A stretch of 24,649 nucleotides of DNA from Azolla caroliniana (Eukaryota; Plantae; Polypodiophyta), in assembly GCA_043228905.1 (NCBI GenBank), contig JBHGNT010000454.1:1-24649 (forward strand), read 5' to 3'. Made by a program: the position numbers and the translations under genes. The notes beneath the pieces are model-generated. The model made no database searches. It had not been told where the DNA came from and saw only the letters and a list, made by a program, of their open reading frames with translations. Below, piece after piece: positions 1 through 11,083 of the stretch (the stretch's first letter is position 1; the number at the start of each line of letters is the position of its first letter).

Positions 1-257
1 AAGCATTGTTACATCAATCAAAAACAATGCCAGCACCACTAAACCCATACAGGTGAGTATACCTTTAAGTGAAAAGGATAATCTCTAAGATATGAGTAAT
101 GACATACAAATCCAAGCATCCAAAACTTAGTCGTATGTCCATATTAGCATGTTACAATCACAACTCCACAAACAAGGGTCATGTAACTTGAATTTCAGCA
201 AATAAACTACCAGTTGTCTTGTATGTGATATCAGATTGGCAATGATAGGAGTATTAC

Positions 258-803
258 CTCTCTTAACATGGAAAAGTGTATTTCATGGTTTGCGAGAGCC
301 AACATTATAAGATCAGCATCCTGCTCAATTTCTAGAGTGTCAAAGATGCTATACTAGAGACAGTTGATAACAATGAAAACCATTTTTATTTCATGTACAG
401 TAGAAAATACATAGAAGTCCATACAAACAATGGAAAGTATTGGAATCAAAGCCACGAAGATTTCTCTCCAAGCAAATGTATGACATGACTTTATGCTCCC
501 CCTCACCTAGGGAGTTTCCATCAACGAAATAACACAATATGTAAAAATACTACAGGGTGGGAACAACATGTGATGGTCATGCTATTTAGCCAGTAGACCC
601 TAGGTTCCTACTTTGATCTGACGCCATCCAGGATCATGATTGAGTCAAAGGTGTATATAGTATCAAAGAGTAACTGCCAAACTGTCCATGAAAGGAGTCC
701 CTGGTGTGATTACATTTGAATCACAAGCTTCAGACTTCTCCTTGGGAGGAATAATTCGACCTTCCGCCTCAAATTCCCTGCCCAATCTTTCTTCTTTGGT
801 AGC
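258..803 (-). pseudogene. XRN: XRN2/3/4-type 5'-3' exoribonuclease pseudogene fragment (3 exons: 612-803, ~415-533, 258-320)
   Basis: Manual translation of the minus strand gives [62 protein letters not shown] / ..[36 protein letters not shown] / DADLIMLALANHEIHFSMLRE. These match the XRN catalytic-domain motifs [18 protein letters not shown] and GLDADLIML. There are two in-frame TGA stops (663-665, 645-647), and the middle exon has a 1-nt frameshift and a mutated donor (CT instead of GT). Missed by the ORF track. Confidence 0.92.
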
Positions 804-1849
804 CTTGATCAAACATGGTAGATTATAATTAATCAGAACACAGTAAACATTCTATCAGTCCCTATTTTCAAACAACATGCACAGGCAAGATAGTCCTGTA
901 TTTTAAAAAATCACCTTCATTTAGTCTATACTACAGCTTGATTCTCATAAAACAAATATAATTGTATTACATTGACATAGACCCATCATTGAAGTGTGCA
1001 ATATCCCCTCCACGAATTGATTAGCGAGATTTATGAAATGGAATGAATTGAACTTAAGAGCCAATATCTCTACATATACACCATATCAAGTGAAACTAAC
1101 AAAAGAAAGCTAGATAGGGGAATGATATGATACTCACTCTAGTCAAACTCAAGAGCCAAGTAGCTGATGTAGACCTCGTTGATGATACAAAAGAAACGAC
1201 GACTCTAATTCTGCTCTCGTTCAAATCAATAGATAAAAAATCATTAAGTTCAATTTATCTTCCCCAAAAGAACTTGTTTTTTAAATTAATGCATATTCTT
1301 TAATTGATGATTTTGAACATGCAAAATTAAACTTTCACTTTCGAGGCATTACCTTTTATGAACATCCACATATTCATCTGTCTCATCATCAATCTCTTCT
1401 TGCATTATTATTAGCCCACAAAGGTGCATGAAATTAAAGAAACAATGCAGCCCATAGTCGGGAATCGAGATGTATGTGCAAACTGCTTGGAGTTTAATAC
1501 ACTAATGAATTAGCCCCATTAAGGCAACCACGAAAACATACATCTAATGGTTTGACGAGTCGAGGGTTCCTTCTGCATTTGCGTGGATCGAAAGGCTATC
1601 AAACATCTGATAATCTCCACAACATGAGTACAAACAGATGACCTTGTGTCCCGCATCATTGTTATGCAATTGACACGGAGACAACAGATTAGATCAATCC
1701 CCATATTAACTGCACAAAAGATCAAAATGCATAAATAGAGTTGATGATAAATGACTTAAGCACAAACAACCCAACCAAACGACTTAAGCATAAACCTTGA
1801 AAACAAAACACACTATTCGCGAAGAGGTAATACAAACATAGGAAAAGAG

Positions 1850-2130
1850 AGGGGAAACAGGGGGAAACAGGGATTCGAGAGTTTGGAAACAGGGGGTAAA
1901 CATGGAAAAGAGGGGGGGAAAGACTCAAGAGGGATTGGATAGTGTAGGGAAACAGGGGAAAACAAACAAAATGTGGGGGAAACAGAAAGAAAATGGGAGG
2001 GGAAAATACGAGAGAGAGGGAGAGAGTGACAGACACTGTGTATGTGTGTAGTAGAGAGAGAGAGAGATACTTTTTTTTTACTTTTTTTGTATACGAGAGA
2101 GAGGGAGAGAGTGACAGACACTCTGTGTGT

Positions 2131-2191
<61 letters not shown>

Positions 2192-2244
2192 ACTTTTTTT
2201 TTATACGAGAGAGAGGGAGAGAGTGACAGACACTATGTATGTGT

Positions 2245-2275
<31 letters not shown>

Positions 2276-2300
2276 TTACTTTTTTATTACTTTTTTTTGT
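1850..2300. repeat. Compound repeat: GGGGAAACA iterations, three ATACGAGAGAGAGGGAGAGAGTGACAGACACT..TGTGTGTAGTA units and (GA)n microsatellites
   Basis: Units start at about 2007, 2091 and 2203. Each is followed by a (GA)n tract of variable length and a T-run. The overlapping ER/LS-rich ORFs are artefacts of this repeat. Confidence 0.9.
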
Positions 2301-2310
2301 AATGCATAAA

Positions 2311-2420
2311 TAGCCGGTTCGTCTAGATTCCGGTTTTGGGGAAATTCTAGCCGGAATCAATTCCGGCTCTTCCCCACCTTGGCCGACAAAAGTCCTCACC
2401 CAACCGGAACGCTAACACTG
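2311..2420 (-). mobile_element. Putative right end of a hAT-like DNA transposon
   Basis: A cluster of CCGG/AACCGG motifs ends in GCTAACACTG (reverse complement CAGTGTTAGC, a hAT-like terminus). The partner end is not in the window. Confidence 0.4.
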
Positions 2421-3250
2421 TTCCTGGGACTTTGCCCAACACTGGTCTAGTATCAAGCCTATCTTTATATCTTTTGGGATAAGGTTGTCTTCGCTAATAA
2501 CATCCATCATCCATGGTTTCCTCCTAGGTAGTTAAGAAGGTAGAAACTTTTCCTCCTCCTACAACAAACACATATTGAATAATGCACCTAATGTATGTAA
2601 CTTTTCGTACCATCATGTGGTTCGTACAAAACTCTTTGAGCTTTGCACACATCCCAACAATCGTCGTGAGTCTCCCAATAATATATCCTTGCTTTGTCAT
2701 CTACGTTGTAAAGATTGTGATTGTGTGTCGCAACCGCCAGGGTTCTGTGACTCAGCGATGATCGGGATGACAGGGCGTAATCGCAGACGGTGCGATGACA
2801 AGAAGCCAAGATGGATGCACGAAAATAATTTTATTTGTAAAACACAACTTACAATACTTATTTGCAAAAGATTACTTGGCAAGACCTATCCTCCCTTACG
2901 AGTAAGGCTTATCAAATCAATCACTTCAACACTTTTCTTTTGGTATTGATTTTATAACATTCTTCATCTTTATATTACAAACTTGCTAATGAAAAGCAAA
3001 GGTTGTTTTGGGAGGAATCGAACTCATGGCCTCTATTTGCAAGGGTTTAGGATAAACAAGTTTTCTTTTTCTTTGCTTTTTGTCTTCTATTCAACAGGTC
3101 ACTAGCCTCATGAGCGACCTCTGCATCCCTTCCTCTCGCAAGCTTCTTCTTTCGCCCCTTTTCCCTATTCTATCACGTTCGCATTCACAAGTGAAACGTA
3201 GCGCGCAAATGGAAGGATAAGGAATATTCCGTTTGATTTTGGGGCTTTTT

Positions 3251-4240
3251 TAGCCATTTCACAAAACACCATGATACCAGTATCACATGTTCTCGAAAAC
3301 TTGATGAAAAAGCTAAAATTTTCACCATTTGGTAAAATTGAAAAATGTCAAATTTTGGCCAAATATGAAAAGTAACGTTGTGTATTTTGAAGGAGAAATT
3401 ACAACTAGTAGTATTTTAGATCCTAACGAAATCATAAGCGAAAGATATCAAAACAATCAACTTTTTTATTTCATTCGATAAAATGTTGTCTAAATTTGTT
3501 ACATATCATTGCACAAAAAATACATTTAGGAGTTATTTGCATCACTATTATCATTCCTTTCATGAGAATCACTACTATAGCTAATATACATGTGTGACTC
3601 TTCCTCCTCATTTTCAAATGTACCAATCAAATCATTGTCTTCATCAAATGGTGTGCACTAATTCTTGTTCGCCTTCAATTTGAGATATCTTCTAGACTTG
3701 GTAATATCTCTTTTATTATGTCTATCGTTGTCATCCTTAAACACCCAACTGTTGTTAGTGTAAAGTCATACACAATGATATCCACCTCACTAATGTCAAT
3801 GATAGATGTAATACAAAAGTTTAATGCATCACAACGTCCAAAACTTTACCAATGCAGAATTGGTGCCCTAGGTCATGGCCATCTACATGTGTAGCTATTA
3901 ATATCCCCACCTTGAGTTCTTGCAACTTTCCTTGTCACCTGAGTTATGCACGTGTTGTAATTCTTAGTTCCACATAAATGTTTCTCAATTGTAAATGAAC
4001 CAAACTATGAAGATCAACATTAAGTGCTTGAAGTGGTGATTAAGAACCACGAGAATATTTTATAGAACATGTAAATGGCATTTGTAAGGTTCAATTACCA
4101 TCAACACAATTATTAATGGTTTTTTGTTAAGCAATAAAGCACATGTTCACCATAAGGTGTTTTGTTGTGCAACATACTTCTTTGCAGTATTGATATGCAT
4201 CTTTTTCTCTTGTAAAAACAAAGATTTTAGTACCATTCAA
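3251..4240 (-). mobile_element. Highly degenerate, internally deleted relic of the Sola1/DUF7869-like transposase family (C-terminal part plus 3' end)
   Basis: Minus-strand peptides QEKKMHINTAKKYVAQQNTLW*, RNIYVELRITTRA*LR*QGKLQELKVGILIATHVDGHDLGHQFCIGKV and SIIDISEVDIIVYDFTLTTVGCLRMTTIDIIKEILP align co-linearly with EEKQKNIERTKKYVGDQDVDWW, RDIYMGPRLSHVGEARSQANLHGLQVGMLVATLAMGDKLGHPFWIAKI and STLALDNVAILMYDFSLTKTSHVRQITIRIIKEKIP from 19865-21088. The sequence TAGCCATTTCACAAAA (3251) resembles TAGGTCATTTCACAAAA (19638). Confidence 0.85.
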
Positions 4241-4290
4241 GTTCATGTAAACCGTAAACCTTTTTTATTTGAAAAAAAAGAATATTTCTA

Positions 4291-4950
4291 AACATGAACT
4301 CCATACATTGTATCGAGTTGATGTAAAAAAAACAGAGTTTTGATCACAATTACATACAATGTATCAAATTCATGTTCAAAATATTTTTCCCTTGATTTAA
4401 AGAAATAAAGAAATTGAGATTGAGTTGATGAAAAAACCAAAATTTTCACCACAATTCAATACAATGTATCAAGTTCATGTTTAAAGTAATTTTTTAAATT
4501 TTTTAAATTTTTTTTTGGAAAAAAAAACTTTAAACATGAATTCGATACATTGTATCGACTTGTGATCAAAACTCTTGATTTTTCATCACTTCAATTTTTT
4601 TTTAAAACAAAAACAAAAGACCCCAAATAAATAGAAAAAAATCAAAAAAAAAAAAAAAACTTTAAACATGAACTCGATAGATTGTATCAAGTTCATGTTG
4701 GAAAGTCAGATTTTAAACACGAAGTCGATACAATGTATCCAATTGATGTTCAAAAACAGAGTTTTCAACATGAACTCGTTACATTGTATCGAATTTGTGT
4801 TGAAAAACTCAACTTTTCAACACCAACTCGGTACAATGTATCGAGTTTGCATTTAAAACATTTAAACATGAATTCGATACAATATATCGAGTTCGTGTTT
4901 AAAAATAGAGTTTTCAACACGAACTTGATACATTGTATTGAGTTTGTGTT
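4291..4950. repeat. Array of ten 35-bp palindromes, consensus AACAYGAACTCGATAC-AWT-GTATCGAGTTCRTGTT
   Basis: Units at about 4291, 4342, 4447, 4533, 4665, 4716, 4767, 4819, 4865 and 4916. Arms are 16 bp with a 3-nt centre. The last six units have a period of about 46-52 bp with related A/T-rich linkers. Confidence 0.93.
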
Positions 4951-5112
4951 AAAATTTGATAACTTTTGTATGTATCTATTTTTTGCTCATCCATTGTAGG
5001 TGATGTGCCCATAATCTTTCATTGACAAAACAAAAATAGCATGACTTGGGATTACTTCTCACTGGTACGTAGTGATTCCATAATATATAGTTGTATATAG
5101 TTTGTGGCCCTC

Positions 5113-5472
5113 AAAACAATGTTGTAATTGTTTTGAACATTGCATAATTAAAGCAAATGTTGGACCATTTCTTGTATCATGTAAATTTGGAAAAAAATGA
5201 TCGTTATGAGGGGTCTGATGATGAACTCACATCCAAGCTCCCAAGTTTGGGGCTCAAATCAAAGCTTAGCATCATGGTGGAAAAAGATCGGGCTGATTAA
5301 CTCCTCTCTGCCCTAAACTCTCTTTTGCACCATGATGTTGAGCTTAGATGTGACACCATCATTAGATCGCTCAAGACAATCGTTCTTTCCCATTCACAAA
5401 AAAAAATGGCAATCACATTTGTTTTAGTAATGCAAAATTCAAAATGATCGTGTAACATTATTTACATTGTTT
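5113..5472. mobile_element. Degenerate MITE-like long inverted repeat
   Basis: About 5113-5287 pairs imperfectly with about 5321-5472, for example GCATCATGGTGGAAAAAGA / TCTTTTGCACCATGATGT and CACATCCAAGCTC / GAGCTTAGATGTG. No clear TSD. Confidence 0.7.
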
Positions 5473-7289
5473 GCTCACTTGTTTTCACAATAGTAAAAGA
5501 GGTTCATCTCCAAGAAAGGAAGAATTTTCAATCAAAACATCACTAATGTTTCATGAGAACTATAAAAGAACCTTTGTCCATATTACATTGTAGCAAAACG
5601 GCATCGCATTCAAAACCCAAGAATAGGGATTTGATGATAGCTTTGATTTTCAATTGAATTTGAATATAGAAAATCGGTAATTGACAAAAGAAAACATGAA
5701 GAATAAAAACGTTAGAAGAATAGAAATTTAATAACGAAGACAATCACCTACCTCCAAATAAAGAGTGGAAATAAGAGGGACAAGAAGTTTATCACATCAA
5801 ATTCTTTCTACAAATCAAAACTAGAGTTTCTTATCCTCTTCTCTAACTCTTATCAAGTTTTTACCAAGTTTATTTCTACCATATCACACAATATTCGCAT
5901 ATGGTTACTTCTTAGTTCTTGAATGGCATTGGAATGATGGCTTAGGTTGTATCCATCCTTGTAGAATCCTATTTGGAGCATATTTCTACAAGGATCAATA
6001 CAACGGAGTCATCACAACAATGCCATTTATGAGTTATAGAAGGAACCAAATGAAACTATTGTATGGTGAGATAGAAATCAACTTTGTAAAAATACTTTGC
6101 TAGAGTGACAGATGATGATAAGAAAGGCTAGTTTTTGTTTGCATAAAAGAGAGTAAGGCATATCCTACATGAAGCTGCTCAAAATTCTCATCAAGAAGTA
6201 CCAATGGGTCCGGTTCTGGCTCAAACCGAATTGAACCGATAAACCATGGCTTAACGGTTTATAGGTTCGAAGATAAATAAACGGTTTGGTTTGGTTTCAA
6301 ATGTTACTAATCGGTTTCGGTTCAGTTTGGTTCGTTTTTGAATTTAGCGGTTTATCAGTTTATTAGCTTATCAGTTTTTGTTTATGTGGTCAGTTTAAAG
6401 GTTTATAGGTTTATTGGTTAAAAAATACTTATAAATTTTCCTTATATGCTCTAACTTTCAACTTTTAATTTAAAACTCTAGTTTTAACTTATTAAATTTT
6501 ATATGCATTATATGTAGAGTCTCCTTTTTATTTATGATGATCAAATATGATAAGTATGATGATCAAATTTATGATTAGTATGATGACAAAATTTATGATA
6601 AGAATGATCACAAAATGTATGATAAGTATGATCACAAAATTTCATAATAAGTATGATGAATAAATTTAGGAATGGGCTATTTCATAATAAGTCTGATATA
6701 GCTTGGCTCCTCCCCCTCCCTCACCCAAAAAAAAAACATTTTGATAGCTCTCTCTCCCTCACCAAAAAAAAAACATTTTGATAGCTCTCTGATAGCTCTC
6801 CTCTTTCTTCTCACAATGAATATTGCTAAACAAAACTGAAATATAAGTGACAAAAGATGGTGAATGATGAACATGTTATCAAATGATACAGAAGACAATG
6901 AATTTGCATTGGCATACTATTAACATCACATTATTGTAAGGGGAAAATTAGAATATGGTTTACAATAAGAGATTCATGCGAAACACAAGCCATTATGTTT
7001 GAGATATTACAGATTCCTAGAAATTCATTTAACCAATGGAGACCTTAAGATGGCCACAAAATGAGATATTCAAGATCGATCAAAACATCATGTAACCAAT
7101 TGAGGTTCTATGGGGCTGAGAGGCCCTCTTTTCCTTGATTTCTAAAAACATGCTTCACATCAAAACTTAACCACTGGTTTAAGATCTATCTATCATCTTC
7201 TCTAAGACATCTCTAAGACTCTCCTTTGATCTTGATGTGTTCTTCTTCTTCCTCTTCCCTCATCTGTTGCTTGTAGTTTTGGTGGATCC

Positions 7290-7628
7290 ATGGCAGAAAC
7301 CCATATAGTGATCAATAAGACCAATAATCATAAGAATCACGATGAGGAATTCCTTCCTTCCCCGAGCTCCAGCGCCCGGGCGGGGCCCGCTCCTCCTCTT
7401 CCTCCCCTTCCTGAAGTAGCCTTGACCTCCACGTTATCTTCATCACGACAACTCTCCTCTTTCTTCTCCTCACTATCCTCGCTCTTCACTTCGCCATCAG
7501 TTGTTGCCTCCGCCACTGCTTCCCTACCCACACCTCCTCCTCCTCCAGTGGCAGCACCCAGCAGCCACCACCGACCCTCCCCATCGCCTAAGACATCATG
7601 TAAAAGAAAAAGGAATCCACAGTATTGA
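7290..7628 (+). pseudogene. Probable captured 5' exon of a host gene (Ser/Pro-rich N-terminus)
   Basis: GC-rich island inside the nested TE, with a pyrimidine-rich UTR-like leader, CCATGG start context and a 112-aa low-complexity ORF that runs into repeats. No recognisable domain. Confidence 0.4.
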
Positions 7629-7820
7629 TTGGAAACTTGAGGAAGAAGAAGAAGAAGAAGAAAGGAATCCACAATATTGATTGGAAACTTGAGGAAGAAG
7701 AAGAAGAAGAAGAAGAAAGGAATCCACAGTATTGATTGGAAACTTGAGGAAGAAGAAGAAGAAGAAAGGAATCCACAGTATTGATTGGAAACTTGAGGAA
7801 GAAGAAGAAGAAGAAGAAAG
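7609..7820. repeat. Four tandem copies of AAAGGAATCCACAGTATTGATTGGAAACTTGAG(GAA)n
   Basis: Near-identical units at about 7609, 7661, 7716 and 7765 that differ mainly in GAA copy number. Confidence 0.95.
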
Positions 7821-10065
7821 AATGAAGAGTAACTACGCTGGGGGGGGGGGGTTGGGGTTTAGCCAAAATAGGGGGGCCAAAAAGTTTTTCTCTTTTTTAG
7901 GGGGCCAAAAAGTTTTCTTTTTTTTTTGTTTTGGGGGGGGGGGGGGGGGGGGGCAAATAGCCCATTCCTAAATTTATGATAAGTATGATCACAAAATGTA
8001 TGATAAGTATGATCACAAAATTTTATAATAAGTATGATGAATAAATTTATGATGATTTTTTCACACAAATTTATAATAAATATGATGATTAATATCAATA
8101 AACAATGGTTTGGTTTGATTTATGATAAATCGGTTTGGTTTGGTTTTAAATTTTTTCATAAACAGTTTGGTTTAACGGTTCGTCTTTAAACGGTTTAGTT
8201 TAAATGGCTACATAAATTTTAAACAATTTGGTTCGGTTTTTATGACTATTAAATGGTTTGGATTTGTTTAGTTTGGTTTCAAGGCCAAGCAACCGAACCG
8301 AACCGGACCCATTGGTATCAAGAAGCTTAATTTTGTTTTTAAAAAATGCATCGTCAGATCTCTCTCTCTCTCTATCATGGCTCATCTCTCAATTATTTAG
8401 TATGTCTCCTAGATACGTTAACGGAGAATTATTCCCCCTTTCATATCTTGAGGAAATGACAGGCAATAAAAGACGAACACATATAAATCAAAAGCAGACT
8501 TGGGTTCATCTCCATTTCTTCTTCTTCTACACGAACATCAATCCGTGCACTGTCTTCCTTCCATAGAATTGTTAGGCTAACGATGGCTTGAAAAGGTCGG
8601 TTTTGTTTCTCCCTTAGAGAATGCTATGTTTAAGATGATTCAATACTTAAAAGTGGTTGTATTTCTTTCACAACATTGCTTAAGAAGGGTTGTGTTTCTC
8701 TTCGAGGTATGTGGGATAAGGCGATTATAGAACTTAAAACACACAAGGATGTGGGATCAAGAGAATATCATTGTGCAGTCAGAGGAGCAGCTCAAAAGCT
8801 TCATTTCACCATTTCAAATGAATGTGGATGAGATAGTTTCATCATCATCGTTAACCCTAAGCCATAACTTGTCTGGTTTTCTTGGATTTTGAGTTGAAAT
8901 GAGTTTGATATGTTTATGGATAATTGCTCATCTTAAGCCATAACTTGTTCCTCTCCGTTTTTATGCAGGAGCTTTTTGATGGAAAATCATTGAATGAATA
9001 TGTTTGTTTTGATTGTAGAAAACTGCTTACCTCAGCCATAAACTTTGTTCCAGATCTTTGATTGAGGAGCTTTTTGATGAATAGTCGTGGCAAGATCATG
9101 GTTGGATACATCGTTCTGTGAATTTGGTGCTTGCACCTTCATTAGAACAAGATGGTCTATAAGAGAATGCGTGATTATGAGAGATGATACTCTCCATATC
9201 TGGTGCTTGCACCATCATTTGTGCCTCTAGGCTAATGAATTATTGTTGGTTTGAAACATCATTTGAACCTCAGGTGTAATGGTTTGATTTGAAACATGTT
9301 TCATTATTATAGCAAGTTGTTTTGTAAGAGATATGCGTGTACTATGGAAACACTTGATTTTTCATTATGTAATGTGCGCTTTGCATGTCTCTGAGTTTGT
9401 TGCAAACTTTCTAGTGTTTATTTAATAAGCTCTATTAATATTCCAGTAAGTTCACATTAACCATTCTGTTTTAAATCCAATTTATTTTAGAAGTAAAATA
9501 GTTCCATCAACATGCAAGAAACAAATTGTTTTGAGTTCAACCTTCAAAATTTTTGGTGTGATTTAACAAATCTTGCTTAAATCAGCATCCAGTTCATTCA
9601 TTCTACAGAATGTTACTTGTTGAATTTCTTGAGGACATGTTTCTGAAGTATAATTGTGGACTGAACAAATATGGTCCTCTACAAAAGGAGGTTTCAAGAG
9701 TACGCTTAAAGTTATTATATCCTCAAGGCTATTGTGCTTGAAGGACACATTGTGTACCCTCTCGGTGGAGGAAGGAAATGGAATGATATTATCGTTATAG
9801 TGCTAGTTATCATTTGCTTGTATATATTGGATCAACTAATCTAAATGCCCAGTAATGTCCAATCCATGAAACATTGACATCATTAAGAGTTGTTGCTTTT
9901 GCTTATGCTGAGTAACTGTCTCATAAGATGATAAAGACAATGTGTAAATGTCTCTAGAAAGGTCATTTTGTAAGGTTGGAGACTAAAACAGTATGCATTT
10001 ACTTAGTAGATTGCTTGTTTGTTAGAGAAATGAAAATTAGGAAGTTCTATATAATCTGAGAAAAA

Positions 10066-10166
10066 GGTGTACTAGAAAGCGATATTGTATTGTCAATATC
10101 GTGATTGATATGTATGTGAAATGTGGCCTGATCCATGTAGCACATATACTGCTCAATAAGCTTTAG
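10066..10166 (+). pseudogene. PLS-class PPR motif fragment
   Basis: GVLESDIVL-(frameshift)-NIVIDMYVKCGLIHVAHILLNKL* matches the PLS-PPR pattern LGNALVDMYAKCG..A..V...L. It is isolated and degenerate. Confidence 0.75.
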
Positions 10167-10295
10167 TATATAGGTATGCAGAGAGTGATAAGCAACATGG
10201 GTATCACACACCCTTGAATAATTGTTATGATAAGCTTTAGTATATAGGTTAGGTAGAGAGTGATAAGCAACATGGGTATCACACCCCTTGAATAA
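10157..10295. repeat. Two-copy tandem duplication, period about 74 bp
   Basis: TAAGCTTTAGTATATAGGT...GAGAGTGATAAGCAACATGGGTATCACAC..CCTTGAATAA at 10157 and 10231. Confidence 0.9.
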
Positions 10296-10911
10296 GTGTT
10301 AACTTATTTTGGGTATCACAAATTAATCAATTGCCAATTTGTCTAAATCACATGCTAGAAGGTTCCATCTTATGCAAAGATCTATCATGTGTGAATTCAT
10401 GATCAAATAAACAACTTAAAGTTGAAACCCTAAAATAGAAAAAGTCGAAGAAAAAGAAAATGTAGAAAACCCCAAAATTGACCAAGATGCAAAATTAGAC
10501 CTCTTAATGCCACACTACATCAATTCAAACTTTTAGTTATTATTTCAGTTTCTTTTTAGTTTATTTTCACTTTTATTTTATACACTTCATGCAAAATGAG
10601 ACCTCTTCATGCCACACTACATAAATTATGTCAGAATTTGAGTCGGGCACCTACCTCTGTCAGGTGCCTCTCTTGAGACGGTTGGGCTCATGTATTCAAA
10701 GGGTAGGGCTCTTGGTGATAGAGGCAATCAGAACCACACGCTTGGTGATAGAGGCTCTCAGCTTTTTTGATGGGTGCTTTTTTTGGATAAAGATTGGACA
10801 GTGCAAATTGCATGTGCCCTTAGCTAAGTATCGTGCATGGTCGTTATTCCCTCACCAAGTCTCTTTATGATTTGGTAGCAGATAGACACAAGCCTATATG
10901 TCAGTATGTTT

Positions 10912-10958
10912 TTTTTTCCTAAGCCTATAATATGTATTTCTATAGGCTTAGGAAAAAA
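10912..10958. repeat. Perfect 18-bp-stem hairpin
   Basis: TTTTTTCCTAAGCCTATA, 11-nt loop, TATAGGCTTAGGAAAAAA. Confidence 0.85.
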
Positions 10959-11083
10959 CTCCTAAAAAATTGAGCAAAACATTCTCTTTTATGTGATTTA
11001 AGAGTTATCCACTATAGGCATAGTAAAAGATCGATATGAAAAATGAACTAGCTCTTCTCTTACATACAATTTGAGAGTTCTTA

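Larger units (their letters stand above)
6669..7968. mobile_element. Nested non-autonomous TIR element inside the hAT
   Basis: 14-bp TIR GGAATGGGCTATTT / AAATAGCCCATTCC flanked by TAAATTTA on both sides (6661-6668 and 7969-7976). C-run/A-run subterminal blocks on the left mirror T-run/G-run blocks on the right. The exact boundary is ambiguous because the flanking 8-mer is palindromic. Confidence 0.8.
6199..8317. mobile_element. Non-autonomous hAT-superfamily element
   Basis: Perfect 18-bp TIR TACCAATGGGTCCGGTTC and perfect 8-bp TSD TCAAGAAG (6191-6198 and 8318-8325). Dense subterminal AACCG/CGGTT motifs, an internal ~22-bp ATGATAAGTATGATCACAAAAT tandem array, and no transposase. Confidence 0.95.

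Noticed and set aside
645-665. TGA stops in XRN as U-to-C RNA editing or readthrough sites
   Set aside because: Such editing is organellar, and the accompanying frameshift and broken splice site indicate simple decay.
1138-1210. Minus-strand exon-like segment (CAG...GTGAGT) upstream of the XRN fragment
   Set aside because: No frame resembles XRN or another protein I recognise.
1722-2399. Several 60-104 aa ORFs
   Set aside because: They are translations of (GA)n and GGGGAAACA repeats.
2575-2949. 124-aa Cys-rich ORF and a faint PPR-like trace (IVGMCAK / AQRVL) on the opposite strand
   Set aside because: No domain support, and the similarity is too fragmentary to call.
3010-3035. tRNA B-box-like GAGTTCGATTCC on the minus strand
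   Set aside because: No cloverleaf or A-box can be built; at most a SINE remnant.
4291-4950. CRISPR-like array
   Set aside because: Linkers are short (11-17 nt) or irregular and related to each other, repeats are degenerate, there are no cas genes, and the context is eukaryotic.
4668-4999. ORFs with repeated peptides
   Set aside because: By-product of the palindrome array.
7337-8098. Poly-F/L/E/K/G ORFs
   Set aside because: They come from GAA repeats and homopolymer runs inside TEs.
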